Source: Atractiella rhizophila (lineage: Eukaryota). From it: DNA of 54,798 nt. The stretch is taken from NCBI GenBank assembly GCA_021432655.1, contig MU271484.1:1-54798 (forward strand). Reading direction: 5' to 3'. The notes under the pieces are model-generated. The model saw only the letters and a program-made list of their open reading frames with translations. It searched no databases and was not told the DNA's origin. The translations under genes and the position numbers were made by a program. Shown here one piece after another: positions 10,597 through 22,784 of the stretch; within the stretch, counting starts at the first letter, position 1; every line of letters starts with the position of its first letter.

Positions 10597-12575
10597 ATGG
10601 ACGCGCCGCGCTCCTCTCTGCCATCCAACATTTCCTCGCTCCTCGCCACTCTCTCAGCGCCGCTCCAGAATCCTCCCCCCACTCCTTTTTCTGCTCCACC
10701 CTACCAACATCACCAACTGCCTCCAACAGGTGCTCAGTCCCACTTCCAACCACCGCAACATCCACTCCCGCCCCCTCCTTCATTGGGTCCGCCAACACCA
10801 CAGCAGCCACAATTCCCCCCATTACGTTTCAACGCCAATGGGTTTGACGCGGGACCATCCCACAGCGCGCCGCCGCGTGGAAATTACACTGGCCCTAGTA
10901 AGGCTGTCGAGCAGAGAGCTGGAGGGAATGTGAATGTGAATGATGGGAGGAGGGTGTACATTGGTGGCATTCCTGACGGCGCTACGGAGGAGGATTTAAG
11001 GGATTGTTTCGGACAGTTGGGACCTGTGATGTCGGTGGATTTGAAAAAGGGCTATGGGTTTGTGGTACGTCCCGTTGTGTGGAATGGAATGGAGTGTAGT
11101 TCGCGATTTTCTGCTTGTTTCCCTGGACTATTTAACGATCACTTGTCTTGCTTTCGCCATGTTCGACCGCACAGCGGCTCGTTGTCTCATCGCCTGATGG
11201 ATGACTGCTTTTTTTTTCGAAAATTTGTTGAAAGAAGGAGGAGGATACCTCTCAGAGGTTTTCCTTCATTGCGGAACGAAAATAATCCGCATGTTCTGGG
11301 TCCTCAGCGAACGTTCCATTTTCTTTACTTTTGTGCCATGCCATCTGGCTGAACTGTCTGATCAGTGAAATTTTCCTGCCCGCTTACAGGAGCTGTTACA
11401 ATACACTCGTTTCACTTTGGATATACCAAAACGGGTAACGAAGTTTGTCTGTGATCATCTCAAATTGTGCCGTGTTACACATATCGATCGCGACCAGGTA
11501 GAAAAGCCTGCTAATGCTGTTCTTGTGGACTCTAGGAATACGAGTACCCGTCTTCGGCACGGGACGCGATTGCGAAGTACCACGAGGGCCATTTCCTCGG
11601 AGCGCAAATTCGCGTAGAATTGTCTACTTCTCCCCACGCGCCTGTCCCAAATCACAAGAAATCGTTCTCAGCTCCAGATGCCGTGTCTCAAAGGAAAAAA
11701 CGACAGTCAAAAGTGAAGGAGGGGAGTGAAGCTTGCTACAAGTGTGGAATGACGGGACATTGGCCTCGAGATTGTAAGAAACTACAGAAGAATACGAGCG
11801 AGGAGATGCAGCGGCCAAAAATGTCGAGACTCGAGAAAAGACGGTCGAAGTGAGTGGTCCCCCCACACCTACTGTACCTAAACGAGTGTGAGATAGGAAG
11901 GAAGAACGACAGAACGCGTCGCGACAGCGAAGAAAGTTGAAAGATCCACAAAGGAGAAACGAGAGATACAACTCCAATGACACGAGCGGTTATTCAGAGA
12001 CACCTGATGATCATCAACCTGACTATCCACCAGAACACTCAAGGGCATCTCATTCTTCATATCCTCCGCTATCGCCAGGCTTCCACCCGCCCCCAGATCA
12101 ACACGGTTATTTCCCTCCTCAGCCGCCGCAACCACCACCCAGGACACTGCCTGGCCCTCCTCAAACATTCCCGGCGTACGATCCTTACTATCCTCCTCCG
12201 CCAACACCGGGCAGCCAATACGGGACTTATCCTCCTCCAACTGGCGAGGACCGAATGCGCGCAAGACAACGGAGCCGAACTCCACCTTACCCTCCTGTAT
12301 ATGACGCGTCGTCAAGGTTGGTGTTTATACTGATCGGCGCGTCAGAGCTGACCTAAATGAACAGCAGAACACCGTTTTCGTCAAGGAGATCCACATCTTT
12401 TTCAGGCGAGCACTTCGGGACGCCTCAGGCTCCTTACCCTTCTGATACGGGGTATTCCCTACCCCCTACCAACGCTGGCCCTTCTGGCGGACCTTACGCC
12501 TCTCAGACCCCTCTAGCGGGGTCTGGCTACCGTGGTAGGCGCGGGAACGCAGTTTGGGGTCGAAGACCTCAGTGA
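10597..12575 (+). CDS. RNA-binding protein: Pro-rich N-terminus, RRM, CCHC zinc knuckle, Pro/Tyr-rich tail (SR/RBM4-like architecture)
   Basis: RNP2 VYIGGI and RNP1 KGYGFV|EY split by intron 11065-11535; CYKCGMTGHWPRDC knuckle; further introns at 11850-11896 and about 12318-12364; stop at 12575. Confidence 0.85.
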
Positions 12576-13258
12576 GTCGTGCCTCTCGCACGAACCAAAA
12601 CCAAAACTGCACGATTGAAGTGCAGCATCTATACATTTCGTTGATTTGTCGTCCTGCCACGGCGCTGTCTTGAGACCTCCTGGACGTGCGCTGGAAACCA
12701 ACCACCACCCAGGACACTGCCTGGCCCTCCTCAAACATTCCCGGCGTACGATCCTTACTATCCTCCTCCGCCAACACCCGGCAGTCAATACGGGACTTAT
12801 CCTCCAACTGGCGAGGACCGAATGCGCGCAAGGCAACGAAGCCCAACTCCACCTTACCCTCCTGTATATGACGCGGCGTCCAGGTTGGTGTCTATTCTGA
12901 TCAGCGCGTCAGAGCTGATTTAAATGAACAGCAGACCACCCTTTTCGTCAAGGAGATCCACATCTTTTTCGAGCGACCACTTCGGGACGACTCAGGCTCC
13001 TTACCCTTCTGATGCGGGGTATTCCCTACCCCCTACCAACGCCGGCCCTTCTGGCGGACCTTACGCTTCTCAGCCCCCTCTAGCGGGGTCTGGCTACCGT
13101 GGTAGGCGCGGGAACGCAGTTTGGGGTCGAAGACCTCAGTGAGTCGTGCCTCTCGCATGAAAACTGCACGATTGAAGTGCAGCATCTATACATTTCGTTG
13201 ATTTGTCGTCCCTGCCACGGCGCTATCTTGAGGCCTCCTGGACGTGCGCTGGAAACCA
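12131..13258 (+). repeat. Tandem duplication (570 bp + 558 bp) of the 3' end of the RRM gene
   Basis: 12131-12700 recurs at 12701-13258 with scattered substitutions and three small indels (-3, -10, +1). The near-identical 72-aa ORFs at 12357 and 12924 confirm it. Confidence 0.95.
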
Positions 13259-13813
13259 TTCATATGATCATGAATACTACCTGCGCTGTCCCTCAGCATT
13301 TCACGCGCACCTCCTTGAGGATCCTAGCTGTTGATCTGCAATCTATTAACATGTCGTAGCTGTAAGCCTTTGAACAAAGGTCAGCAGGCACTCATTCAGC
13401 TAAGGAAAGCGATGGCACAGTCGCATTACCACACTCTAGTCACTGCGTGTATCCTCGCCTCAGTGAGGTGGTACCACTTTCGTCAGCTTTTGAGTTTGCG
13501 TCTTAGACAAAGACGATCGGAGTCGGCCAAATTGATCTCAATTGCTGTATTTAACCGTCGGAAATTTTTCTCGAACCTTTTGGGTTTGGGCGACATTTCC
13601 CCATTCATCGATTTCTTGACCACTTCCATAAAATCGCATGGCTGCCCTGGCAGACATACAGCCCTCTGAGGAAGCGTTTTGACAATGAAATGGGACTCCA
13701 AAACGAGAATGAGTAGGGAGCTATAGCGTTGGCGAGTAATAAGAGCAAGGTAATTTGTCCTCCATGCACTGACATACTCTGACTTGTCATAACATAAGAT
13801 CCTCCCTGCAACA

Positions 13814-15166
13814 ATGCGACAGGGTAAAACGCAACATCCTCAGATGACGGTTGGGGATCAACTGGCGCTCGAAGCCTTGGTGGCCGCTGTAAAGTTTGCG
13901 AAGACGCGCATTGGCCCAAACCTCCATCCTATCTCGCGCCAAGGAGAGAAAGAACTCAAGCCTCGTACTGCAAAAGAGCATGGAGAAGAGTTGCGCCGCC
14001 TCCTTCAACAGTCTGTCGTGGCGGAAGGGTCGTCCACCTTCATTCCGGCTCGACGGCAAAGCAATCCCACAGTGTATTCTGGTTTCAGAAGTCTTCCTCC
14101 AGACGATACCTCCGAGAGGGGGGAGGGTCGCGTCCGGTTTGTCCCAGAAGCCAGAGTTGATTACTATACACCAGAGTCCAGTACAAGCACAATATCAAGG
14201 TTACCAACACCTACTCAGGAACCACCTCCACGGTTCTTTACTCCCAGGGATCCGGCTGTTCCCACTCTCAAACCCAAAACGAATGACGCATCCCTCCCCA
14301 AGAATCGTGCCCAATCGCCAGAGGCACAAGTTGCGATGAAGAGTCGACCGCATGCGATCGAAATTAAAACGGTAGAAGGATCCTCAGATGGCATCATTGT
14401 CGAAACTGGATCTGAAGGGTCCACCGAAGAATTGTCAGAAGAAGATCTGCATTCACCTGCTAGTGAAATTCCTCCATCGCCGCGCTCTGAGGCTTCGTTT
14501 GAATTCGATCTCGATGGATTGGGTGACGCACCGCCCCTATCCCCGAGCATCAGTTCTTTGGAAGGACCTGAACGACCTACCTCTGTTCCCAAGTCAGTTG
14601 CGAGTGGTGTGTAATGCCCTTTAATATTCGCCAACGTTAATTGGAGTGCAGACCGTACGCAAACTACGAGTCTACTTACCAAATCTCGCCTTCGAATTCA
14701 TCTAGTGAACGACCCCTCCGATATTTGCTATCAACTACGACCAGATGCGATGAGCGACGATCCATTATATACCGAAATTCAAGGCGTGACGCTTGACGGC
14801 AAGCTGTGGCCCTCTGCCTTTCACATCTACCTCGCATCCCGTTTTCCAGAGAATCTCCCCATCGTGGAGAAGCTACGAAATACTCGAGACGTAGAAGTAG
14901 CCAAGAAACTTACAAATGACGCAACGCCTCTTGTTGCCTTTAGTGACTGGGAAGAACAGGACCTGAATTGCTTGAGAGACATAATATGGGGGAAGTTCAA
15001 GGTGTCTCCTAGTCTGCAGGACTTGCTCTTGATTACTGGAAGGGCTGAGTTGGTTTTCGTGGATGATGATACTGTGTTGGGATCGGGAAAAGATGGGAAG
15101 GGGTTGAACATGATTGGGACGGTTTTAATGAAGACAAGGACGAGATTATCTAAACTTGCAGCTTAG
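13814..15166 (+). CDS. NADAR (YbiA/DUF1768)-like domain protein with long disordered N-terminus; catalytic motifs degenerate; 5' end uncertain
   Basis: C-terminal exon GKLWPSAFHIYLASRF...DWEE...GKF...LQDLLLITGRAELVFVDDDTVLGSGKDGKGLNMIGTVLMKTR follows the NADAR pattern; intron about 14608-14651 joins the two ORFs in frame. Confidence 0.75.
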
Positions 15167-15348
15167 TTTGTGTGGCATTGGGCTGGATGGTGCAGATCGG
15201 GACTGTTATCGTATCGTATCATTGTATCATTTGAGTTATTACCATTGTCACAGAATAATGAATAATCAAACAGGCTTTAAGGTATCCACAAGACAAGCGA
15301 AGCTAAAAATGATATATTGAACACTCGAATGAATTTTAGCTCGTTTGT

Positions 15349-18300
15349 CTACACTTTCTCACTAGGTGGCGTGTACTTCTGTCTCTTCATGTTGTTGTCC
15401 GCGTCCTCGATTCCTGCGTACTCGTCGCTCTGGAAGTGGTACAGCTGCTCTTTCTTGACATTCTGCTTTCGTAGAATGTACTTCCTCCAGCTATGCCAAC
15501 TCCATCAGAAATAAAGCTGCGATAGTAGGATGGACGAACAAATAGGAGAGCATCTTGAATTGATGGCTTGCATGTTTCTTAGTTGGGACGCTGAAGACCT
15601 GATCAAGTTCTTCGAGGGTGAGAGCCTTCGTCTCAGGTACGAAGAAGAGGATCATCCACCATCCGACCTGACATTTTCGCATCGTTAGTAATAGTTAACC
15701 AAGGATTGAAGGAAGAACTAACAATATTCCAGGCCGCATACCAACCACTGCAACGATGACACTGTCAGCTCCATACATAGGTGTCCCAGGCACAACTTAC
15801 AAAGCACCGGTTGGGGTAAATGCACCAATGAGAGGAGGGAACGTGATAGCGACAACAAAATTACTGCGACATCCATCTCTCAATCCTTTCACACCAGTAG
15901 CATAGACAAAGATCTCACAAGAACCACGTTAAAGCCGTAGCATAACTCATCCCTAGCTCTCTAACGTAGAGCGGGAACGCTTCTGCAGAGTAGGTGAACG
16001 GGACAGGTCCCTCACCTGGTGAATAAACCGTCGCGAAAAGGTAGATACCGAGAGCGACGACTCCGACACGCGCGTTACGACTGGATTCGGGAATCAAACT
16101 ATTCATCCCACCATTGTTACGGTCTCCTCGGCGGCAACGTGAGAATAGACGAACAAACCGAGACCAGTTAAAAGTAAGAAGATGCTCATGAGAGGAAAGG
16201 TGAAGAGGAGTAGGTTTCTGCGTCCGAACGTATCGATGGTCCAAACAGCAGGGAAGGCAAAAAGCCAATTCTATGGGGCCATAAATTGCTTGAACATGAA
16301 ATGTCGTCCAGATTGTTAAAGAAAGCAACGAACCACTACAGACTGTTAGGCAAAGAAGGGGCAGAAATGACGAAGAGGCATACGCATTCCAAATCCCCAA
16401 GAAGCTAGAAGAGCTTTTGGCTTTGTGAAACCGGACTCGAGAAAAACCGAAGAAGAGTAATAGGCGATTGCGTTCACTCCACTAAAAACCCAGGTCATCA
16501 TGTCATTCTTGACAATCAAGAATAAAGACGCACCAGAACTGCTGCATGAACATAACTATTCCAGAAGCGTAAACGGCTCTCCTGTCTGATAACAAAGATC
16601 GTGAGCATAACTCCTAACCCAACGAAGGAGGCAAAAAGGTAACGAACTCCGAGGCACGGTAAAAAGTTCCTTGACCAAGTTTCTGTTCCTCGTCAGCTCC
16701 TGTTCATTCTTCAGCGTGATGTGGATATCTATCGTCAATAGGCTTTGTCAGCGCACTCTAAAATGAATCAGAAGAGGGTAGACTGACAATAGAGATCCCT
16801 CGCAGCCATAATATCACTCTGTCTCAGCCTCTTGAGGGACTTGAATGCATCCAGGTATCTCCCCTTATTCATCAACCTATTAAGTCACAAAACCGATCAA
16901 CTTTTGCTGAACTAAAAAATCAAATGAATGCTTAGAAGCGACATACCATCTTGGTGATTCGGGGCAAGTCCACACTTGAGCCATAACGACGATAGCAGGA
17001 ACCCCAGCAGATCCCAGCATCAACCTCCAATTGAGGCCTGTGATATTACTAGAATCCCGCACACCATGGAAAGCGAGATCGGCAGAGTAACCAAGCGCGA
17101 TGCCAAATGCCGTCCCTATCCAAGTATCATTTACACCGCCGAACGTGAAAGAGAGAAGAAGAACGGACACATTTGCCACATCATGACCAATGCTCCTCGG
17201 ATGGGAGCTGGCGCACATTCTGCAGAGTAGACGGGAACGGTAGCTGACTTGGGTCCAATTCCGAAGCCAAGAACGAAACGAGCGGCGAAGAGGTGTGGCC
17301 ATCTGCAACGTTAAATCTCATGTCAGGAGCCGTGAAATGTGAAGATGGAAGAGTAGGAACACACGAGTTCGTTACTCCTTGCCAGAAGCAAGTAAGCCAA
17401 GAGATGGTCGCAGTAATGAAGATCGCCCCCCTTCTCCCGAAGAACTTATTGAGCGGATAAGTGCACCAACAACCTGTTCCCCCAGACAATTCAATTCACC
17501 TTCAGCACGTCCTTCCCATCAAACAGTGTGAGGACGAACCGATTACAGCACAACACAGATAAGGGGCAGAGTTGACCAGTCCTAAAAGCCACTGGTTCTT
17601 CGAGCTCCCGCCTCCGTTATTCGAGCTTCCAGGATCGATACCGAATTGGCTCGCGAAATAAAGATTAGCGCCATTGATGACCGCCTCGTCCATTCCTTGA
17701 ACGACAGCCCCAATAGAGCAGAGAATGACCTGATTCCCCACACCGTGGTCAGCATGCACGCTTCTGAGGAGAGCATGCAAAGGTGAGGTAGGCGAGGTAA
17801 AGACGAACCATCTTGTACATATCTGTAGTCTGCCACCATCTATTCGTTCTCTCTTTTCTAAGGCTCGTCTTCTCCTCTTCGCTCAGTTCGTCCATTGTAT
17901 CGAATCCTGTTCCCACCAATCGTTAGCACATTCAGGGCTGGCGGGAAATTGCATAATCAGCAAAGGAGAATTTCCAGCTCGAAGCGCTCACAACTCTATA
18001 TGGAAGACTGCTTGGGCAACGATTCTCCAAGCCAGAGTGCCAAAAGAATGTCTGAGAAGAAAAAGGGGTAGAGAGTGCAAAGACATTGCAAAGCGACACG
18101 AGGAAAAACGAACCCAAGGGATCCCCTGCCAATCCCGCTCCGCGTCCAATAAGATCCTTCCACTCTCCCAATCCATTTCCTTCCGCCCATAGCTCCGCTT
18201 CCCTCCTCAACTGATCCCGTGGAATGCCTTCGAGGGGATTGGCGAGTTTGGCATTGATATTTGAGACTTGGACGTTGGAGTCGGCTGTCGTGGAAGGAGC

Positions 18301-18411
18301 ATGAGATTGAGAAACGTTGGAGTGAAGGGATTCTGTGGCATGTTGCGCTTTCGGTTTCTCTGAGTCTAGATGTTGGTTAGTAGCGGATGCGGCGGTTTTG
18401 GTGTCTTCCAT
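15349..18411 (-). CDS. MFS sugar-porter transporter (myo-inositol/polyol-type), multi-exon
   Basis: [94 protein letters not shown]; stop at 15349. Confidence 0.93.
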
Positions 18412-19955
18412 GTTGGTCTATATGAAGCGTCGTATATGATTATATCGATGTAGGTAAAGTCGTGTTCTCGTCAATAATAGATAGATGCAAGCCTACAAGT
18501 AGCAAAAAGTAGGCGGGGTCGTGACTTTCTTCAAGACACGGTGACGACCTTTTAAAGGGAGCTTTCCCGCTTTCCCATCATGAAGATTAACACGGGACGT
18601 CATAGGTTCAAATTAGCCTATGTTGTTCACAGTTCCCTTTTCCATGTACTCCTCGCCGACGTGTGCCGACGCGAGGAATGTCCACTGAACTCTGACGCGC
18701 TCTGTCGAGCGCTGATGATGATGTCACCATGTTGTCGCTACTATTTTGGCCCGCCAAGAGTTTTGCAAGGGAGTGCAGTGAGGACTTGAGGTTAAAATGT
18801 TGGCGCTGAAGTCCTTGAAGCTTGCAGCTTCTGAAGGGAAATCTGGGATGAACTTGAGAGATTCTGAGAAGGATTTGGAAGGAAGAATAAACCAAGTTCC
18901 AGCAGGGAAATAATGGTGCAGTGGTCGAGTGTCACATGAATCTGCCTATGGGATATCATGATACTGTCAGTGCAATGAACACTCGAGTTATTACTAAATG
19001 AAGGTAATGATTCCCATTAACATTCTAGTAATATCACAGATAGTCGGCGATATTTCGTGCGCCTGAAAAGGAGATCCTATGTCAATTGGAAGGTCTGCTT
19101 TCGTCCAGCCAACTTTCCAACAAAGGTATATACTGGTGCACTTCATGTCAATCAATATCATGTTCACGAACCCTAGCTCGCCTCGCAGCCAGAATCCCCC
19201 AGACTCCCCATGGTGACCTCAAACCTCCGAGCGATTAATACTAGTAACCGTTTTTGTGTTAGGCTACACAGTGTAACTGCTAGCTTTTGGAGTCAACTGG
19301 CTCAAGCCTTTTGGGACAAGATTGGCAAGAGCCAAGCCAAGTACAGCACATAGAGAGCAGCCCGTTCACAACATTGTTGTTTCTCCATAGGGCAACTCTC
19401 CAAACGCGACGGATAGCCGAATGGGGCACGGTCCCACATCAGATAGACAGCAGGAGTCAGGCAAACTGACCAACTAGTCTTCTTCTGGAAGACTTCATCC
19501 TCCTCTCCTGGGCATACCAGCTTCCTTCACGTGAAATTCACCAAACGCCTCACCATTCTGAACTCGTTAGATACTTCTCCCTTTACAGTGCTTACTGTCC
19601 ATCCATCATAAAGTAGTTCTCTCGCCCTGGTCAACTCCCTGGTCAATAATAAACGCCTTCTCTGCAGCTTCGTCGTCGGTTGTGGGCGACCGATCCGATC
19701 ACAGAGCACGGACCGCAGCAGCGCGTGCTTGCTGAAACAAAACGACCATCCTCTTGTCCTCCAGCTTCTCCAACTCTCCTCTTTCCTTTCAACTTCGCTT
19801 TCTTTCATTCTTATTTCTTGTTCTCCAGTCACATTACCATTTCGCGCGTCTGGCGCGTCTGGGTACAATTCCAAGTGACAGGTTCGCGTACTCCAGTCTC
19901 GGTTCACTATTCACCTTCTGCCAACCAACAATCCCAACAAATCCCACACGACAAC

Positions 19956-22784
19956 ATGTCCCGTTCCAACTCTCTTTCTCTACCTATCCCAAACGCCAAC
20001 TCTAGAGAGAGGACGCTTGCCCTCCTAGCTACCAAAGCGGTCATCAGGGACCGAACGAATGTTGAAAGTCGGTTAGTGGGCAGTGGGTTCGACGTTATTG
20101 CGGAGAGGGAGGTTGGACCGGAAGAGGTGGAGGGATGGGGGTTTGGGAATGCTGCTGAGGGTGCGACGTGAGTTAGGTTCATTATCGTTGTCACGGAAAG
20201 GTCAGATGAGGCGTGAAGACCCCGCTTTTTAGTTGTGAAGGGATATCTTACTAGAGAGGAAGCGTAGACGGAGAGTGATCAACCTGTTTGGCTCAAACGG
20301 GCTGGCGCTGGATCATGACGTCCACTGCGCGGTTGGATTAGCTATTGTCTCGCTTGTGGACGTCCTAAAGTGCTGAATCTGCAAGTCCATATGGGCATGT
20401 TGAAACATACTGAGGCAAACTGATAAAAAGACGTTGAATATCCATAGTTGTGAGGAAGGAGCGTCTTGCTAAGGAGGGAGAGCAGACGCAATGTTCGTCC
20501 TCAACTTGATCAGGGGAAAGGAACAGGATATATTTGGGAGGTGTTCCACAAAGGTTCGAGTTACTGCAACAATCCGTTTTCTGCAGTGTTTGCAGTCATA
20601 GCGTATTATCGTGTGCTGTGAGCTGGTTACCCCATTGATCTGCCTGAGTAAATAACGAACGATTGCATATACACGGGGGCGAAGAGAAGGTGACAATTGT
20701 AACTTATCTGTCAGAGCTGTATTCTTGAGGCTGCACCTGATTTCGGAGTAAACGTTAGCTCCCGCTCGCATATTCAATTGCGGACTGTCGAGGACAATGC
20801 TGAGGCGAGAAGCTATCAACGTATCATAAATCCTCGCTGGCTCGGCTCCTTGGTGATGGAAGAATGCTCGCCGTTCAGCGATTGTTCTTCCACTCTTGTT
20901 TGGCTCAGTGTCAATAAATATGTTCAAACGTCAATTTTCTGCCTGAGTGATTGGATGAAGATAAGATTCCACGAAACAGATGACTGGAGAGCAATTGGGC
21001 TCACCTCTCGTCAAACTTGAGTTTCGAGACTCCTCCCCTGATGAGGATTTACATCTCTGTGGACTGTACTGACGAATTCGATTTGTGATAGGGGGCCGTT
21101 CCTTTTGCTGGTGATCGAACGAGCAGCAGCTTTTGCCGTTTGGCGGGACCTCATCAACGCCCCCGGTCCTAACAGGTATGTTAACATTTGTCCAAAATGG
21201 GATGTGCTAACCTTTGCCGCAAGTCTGAAAAACCTCTATCCACCTGGTTCCCTTCTTTCTCCTGCTGTCCCACAGTTGGTCGAAGAAGCAATCACCAACT
21301 TCTTCCCACAACTACCTCCCCTCAACTCTCCTCTTCCTTCTCCTAAACCTCAAGCGAGTCCACGTCTCTTCGGAAAGGAGACGTCTGTTTCCCCTCAGTT
21401 GCAAAGGAAAATCTTACCGCCGCCTAGCCCCTTACCAGAAGAAGAAGAGGTACAGGTCGAAGAAGAAGTTGCAGAGGAGGGATATGAGGAAGAGCTCTAT
21501 GAGGAAGAAATCTATGAAGATGAAGACGGACAACAACAACGCCGCGTGGTGCAGCGAAACGGCAGTGCTTCACCAAACTTTCGTGCCCGCCCTCTCCCCG
21601 CCACACACTTACAACCCGACATTCAACCTCGCATGTCTCGCGCCGCTGCTCTAAGGATGGGCTTGGAACTCGCCAACGAACCGAAGACTCCACGCCCGTC
21701 CGGCCCCAAAGAACCTGACCTTATCACCCCTGGAGTAAATCAACGACCACTTAGGGACGACGAGGTGCCGCTTTCATTAGCCGCACCAGCCATTGCACCA
21801 AGACAAACGCGAGCGTCAGCTCTGCGGAACGGTGAAGCGGTCGCTAAGCCCACGAGGAAGCGGGACCCGAACGCGCCAAAGGAAAAGGACCTCGTCACCC
21901 CTGGCGTCAATAAGCGGCCTCTGGCGGAGCATGAACTTCCAAAGAGTCTCAAAGGGCCAACCTTTACTCCACGGCCTACGAAGGCAGCTTTGCTTCGACA
22001 GAACGGAGCTGGCAGTCCAAGTCCGAGCGCGAACTTTAGACGATCCGTCACGTTACCTCGGAGGAGCAGCTCAGAAGCTAGCGGATTGAACAGCCCCATC
22101 TTTGATGGTATTCCTGGGCATAAGCGGAGGGAGTCTGTGCCTGTCAAGAGCACGGCACCACCCACGATCACGCCGAGAGGGACAAGGAGTTCAAGTCTGA
22201 GGACGGGTGATAGTCAAGATTACTTCAATTCAAGGAGCGCGAGCAAATCTCCAAATCCGTCAACACCTTCCACGACAGGTGTGAGCGGACGCGCTTCGTT
22301 TGATGGCGTGCCCGGACACAAGAGAGTGGAGAAGATTGAAGTCAAGAGCACGAAGGCACCAACTATCGCTCCGAGGTTGACGAAAGCGGCAGCGCTTCGA
22401 ACGGGAGTGATGAGTCCTCCGCCGAGGGAAAGGAGGGAGCGAAGCCTTGAAGATGTGCCTGAAGAAAACTTATTTCAGAATGTGCCTGGACACAAACGTG
22501 TGGAGAGGATCGCAGTCAAAAGCACGAATGCTCCAACCGTCGCTCCCAGGCTGACAAAGTCGGCGAGTCTCAGAGCAATGCCAAAGAAGACGGAGGAGAT
22601 CCCGGCATGGGAGAGGAGGATGATGAAAAAGAGAGTGAGTGTAGGACGGTTAAGCTCTGCTGGATTTGGAGTGACGGCCAAGGTCAATATCAAATCACCT
22701 GAAGAAGACGAAGCTGAATTCGGTGCTGGTAGTGACGAGGGGACTGTGAAAGATGGTAACTACACCACCTTTGAGAGTTTCTGA
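19956..22784 (+). CDS. Nucleoside-diphosphate-kinase-like (pseudo-NDK) domain fused to an acidic linker and basic repeat tail
   Basis: ERTLALL...RLVGSGFDVIAERE...T|GPFLLLVIERAAAFAVWRDL...EEAITNFFP follows NDK-fold motifs across introns 20168-21091 and 21176-21223; no HGSD catalytic motif. Confidence 0.7.

Noticed and set aside
12131..13258. CRISPR-like or prokaryotic defence array
   Set aside because: The repeat is a two-copy duplication of intron-containing eukaryotic gene sequence; no repeat-spacer structure occurs anywhere in the window.
20991..21009. GCAATTGGGCTCACCTCTC resembles the CR-V/P1 end of RNase MRP/P RNA inside the long intron
   Set aside because: No convincing CR-I (GNAAGUCCC-type) partner or P2 helix could be placed, and the implied RNA would be unusually long. 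Only a covariance-model search could rescue it.
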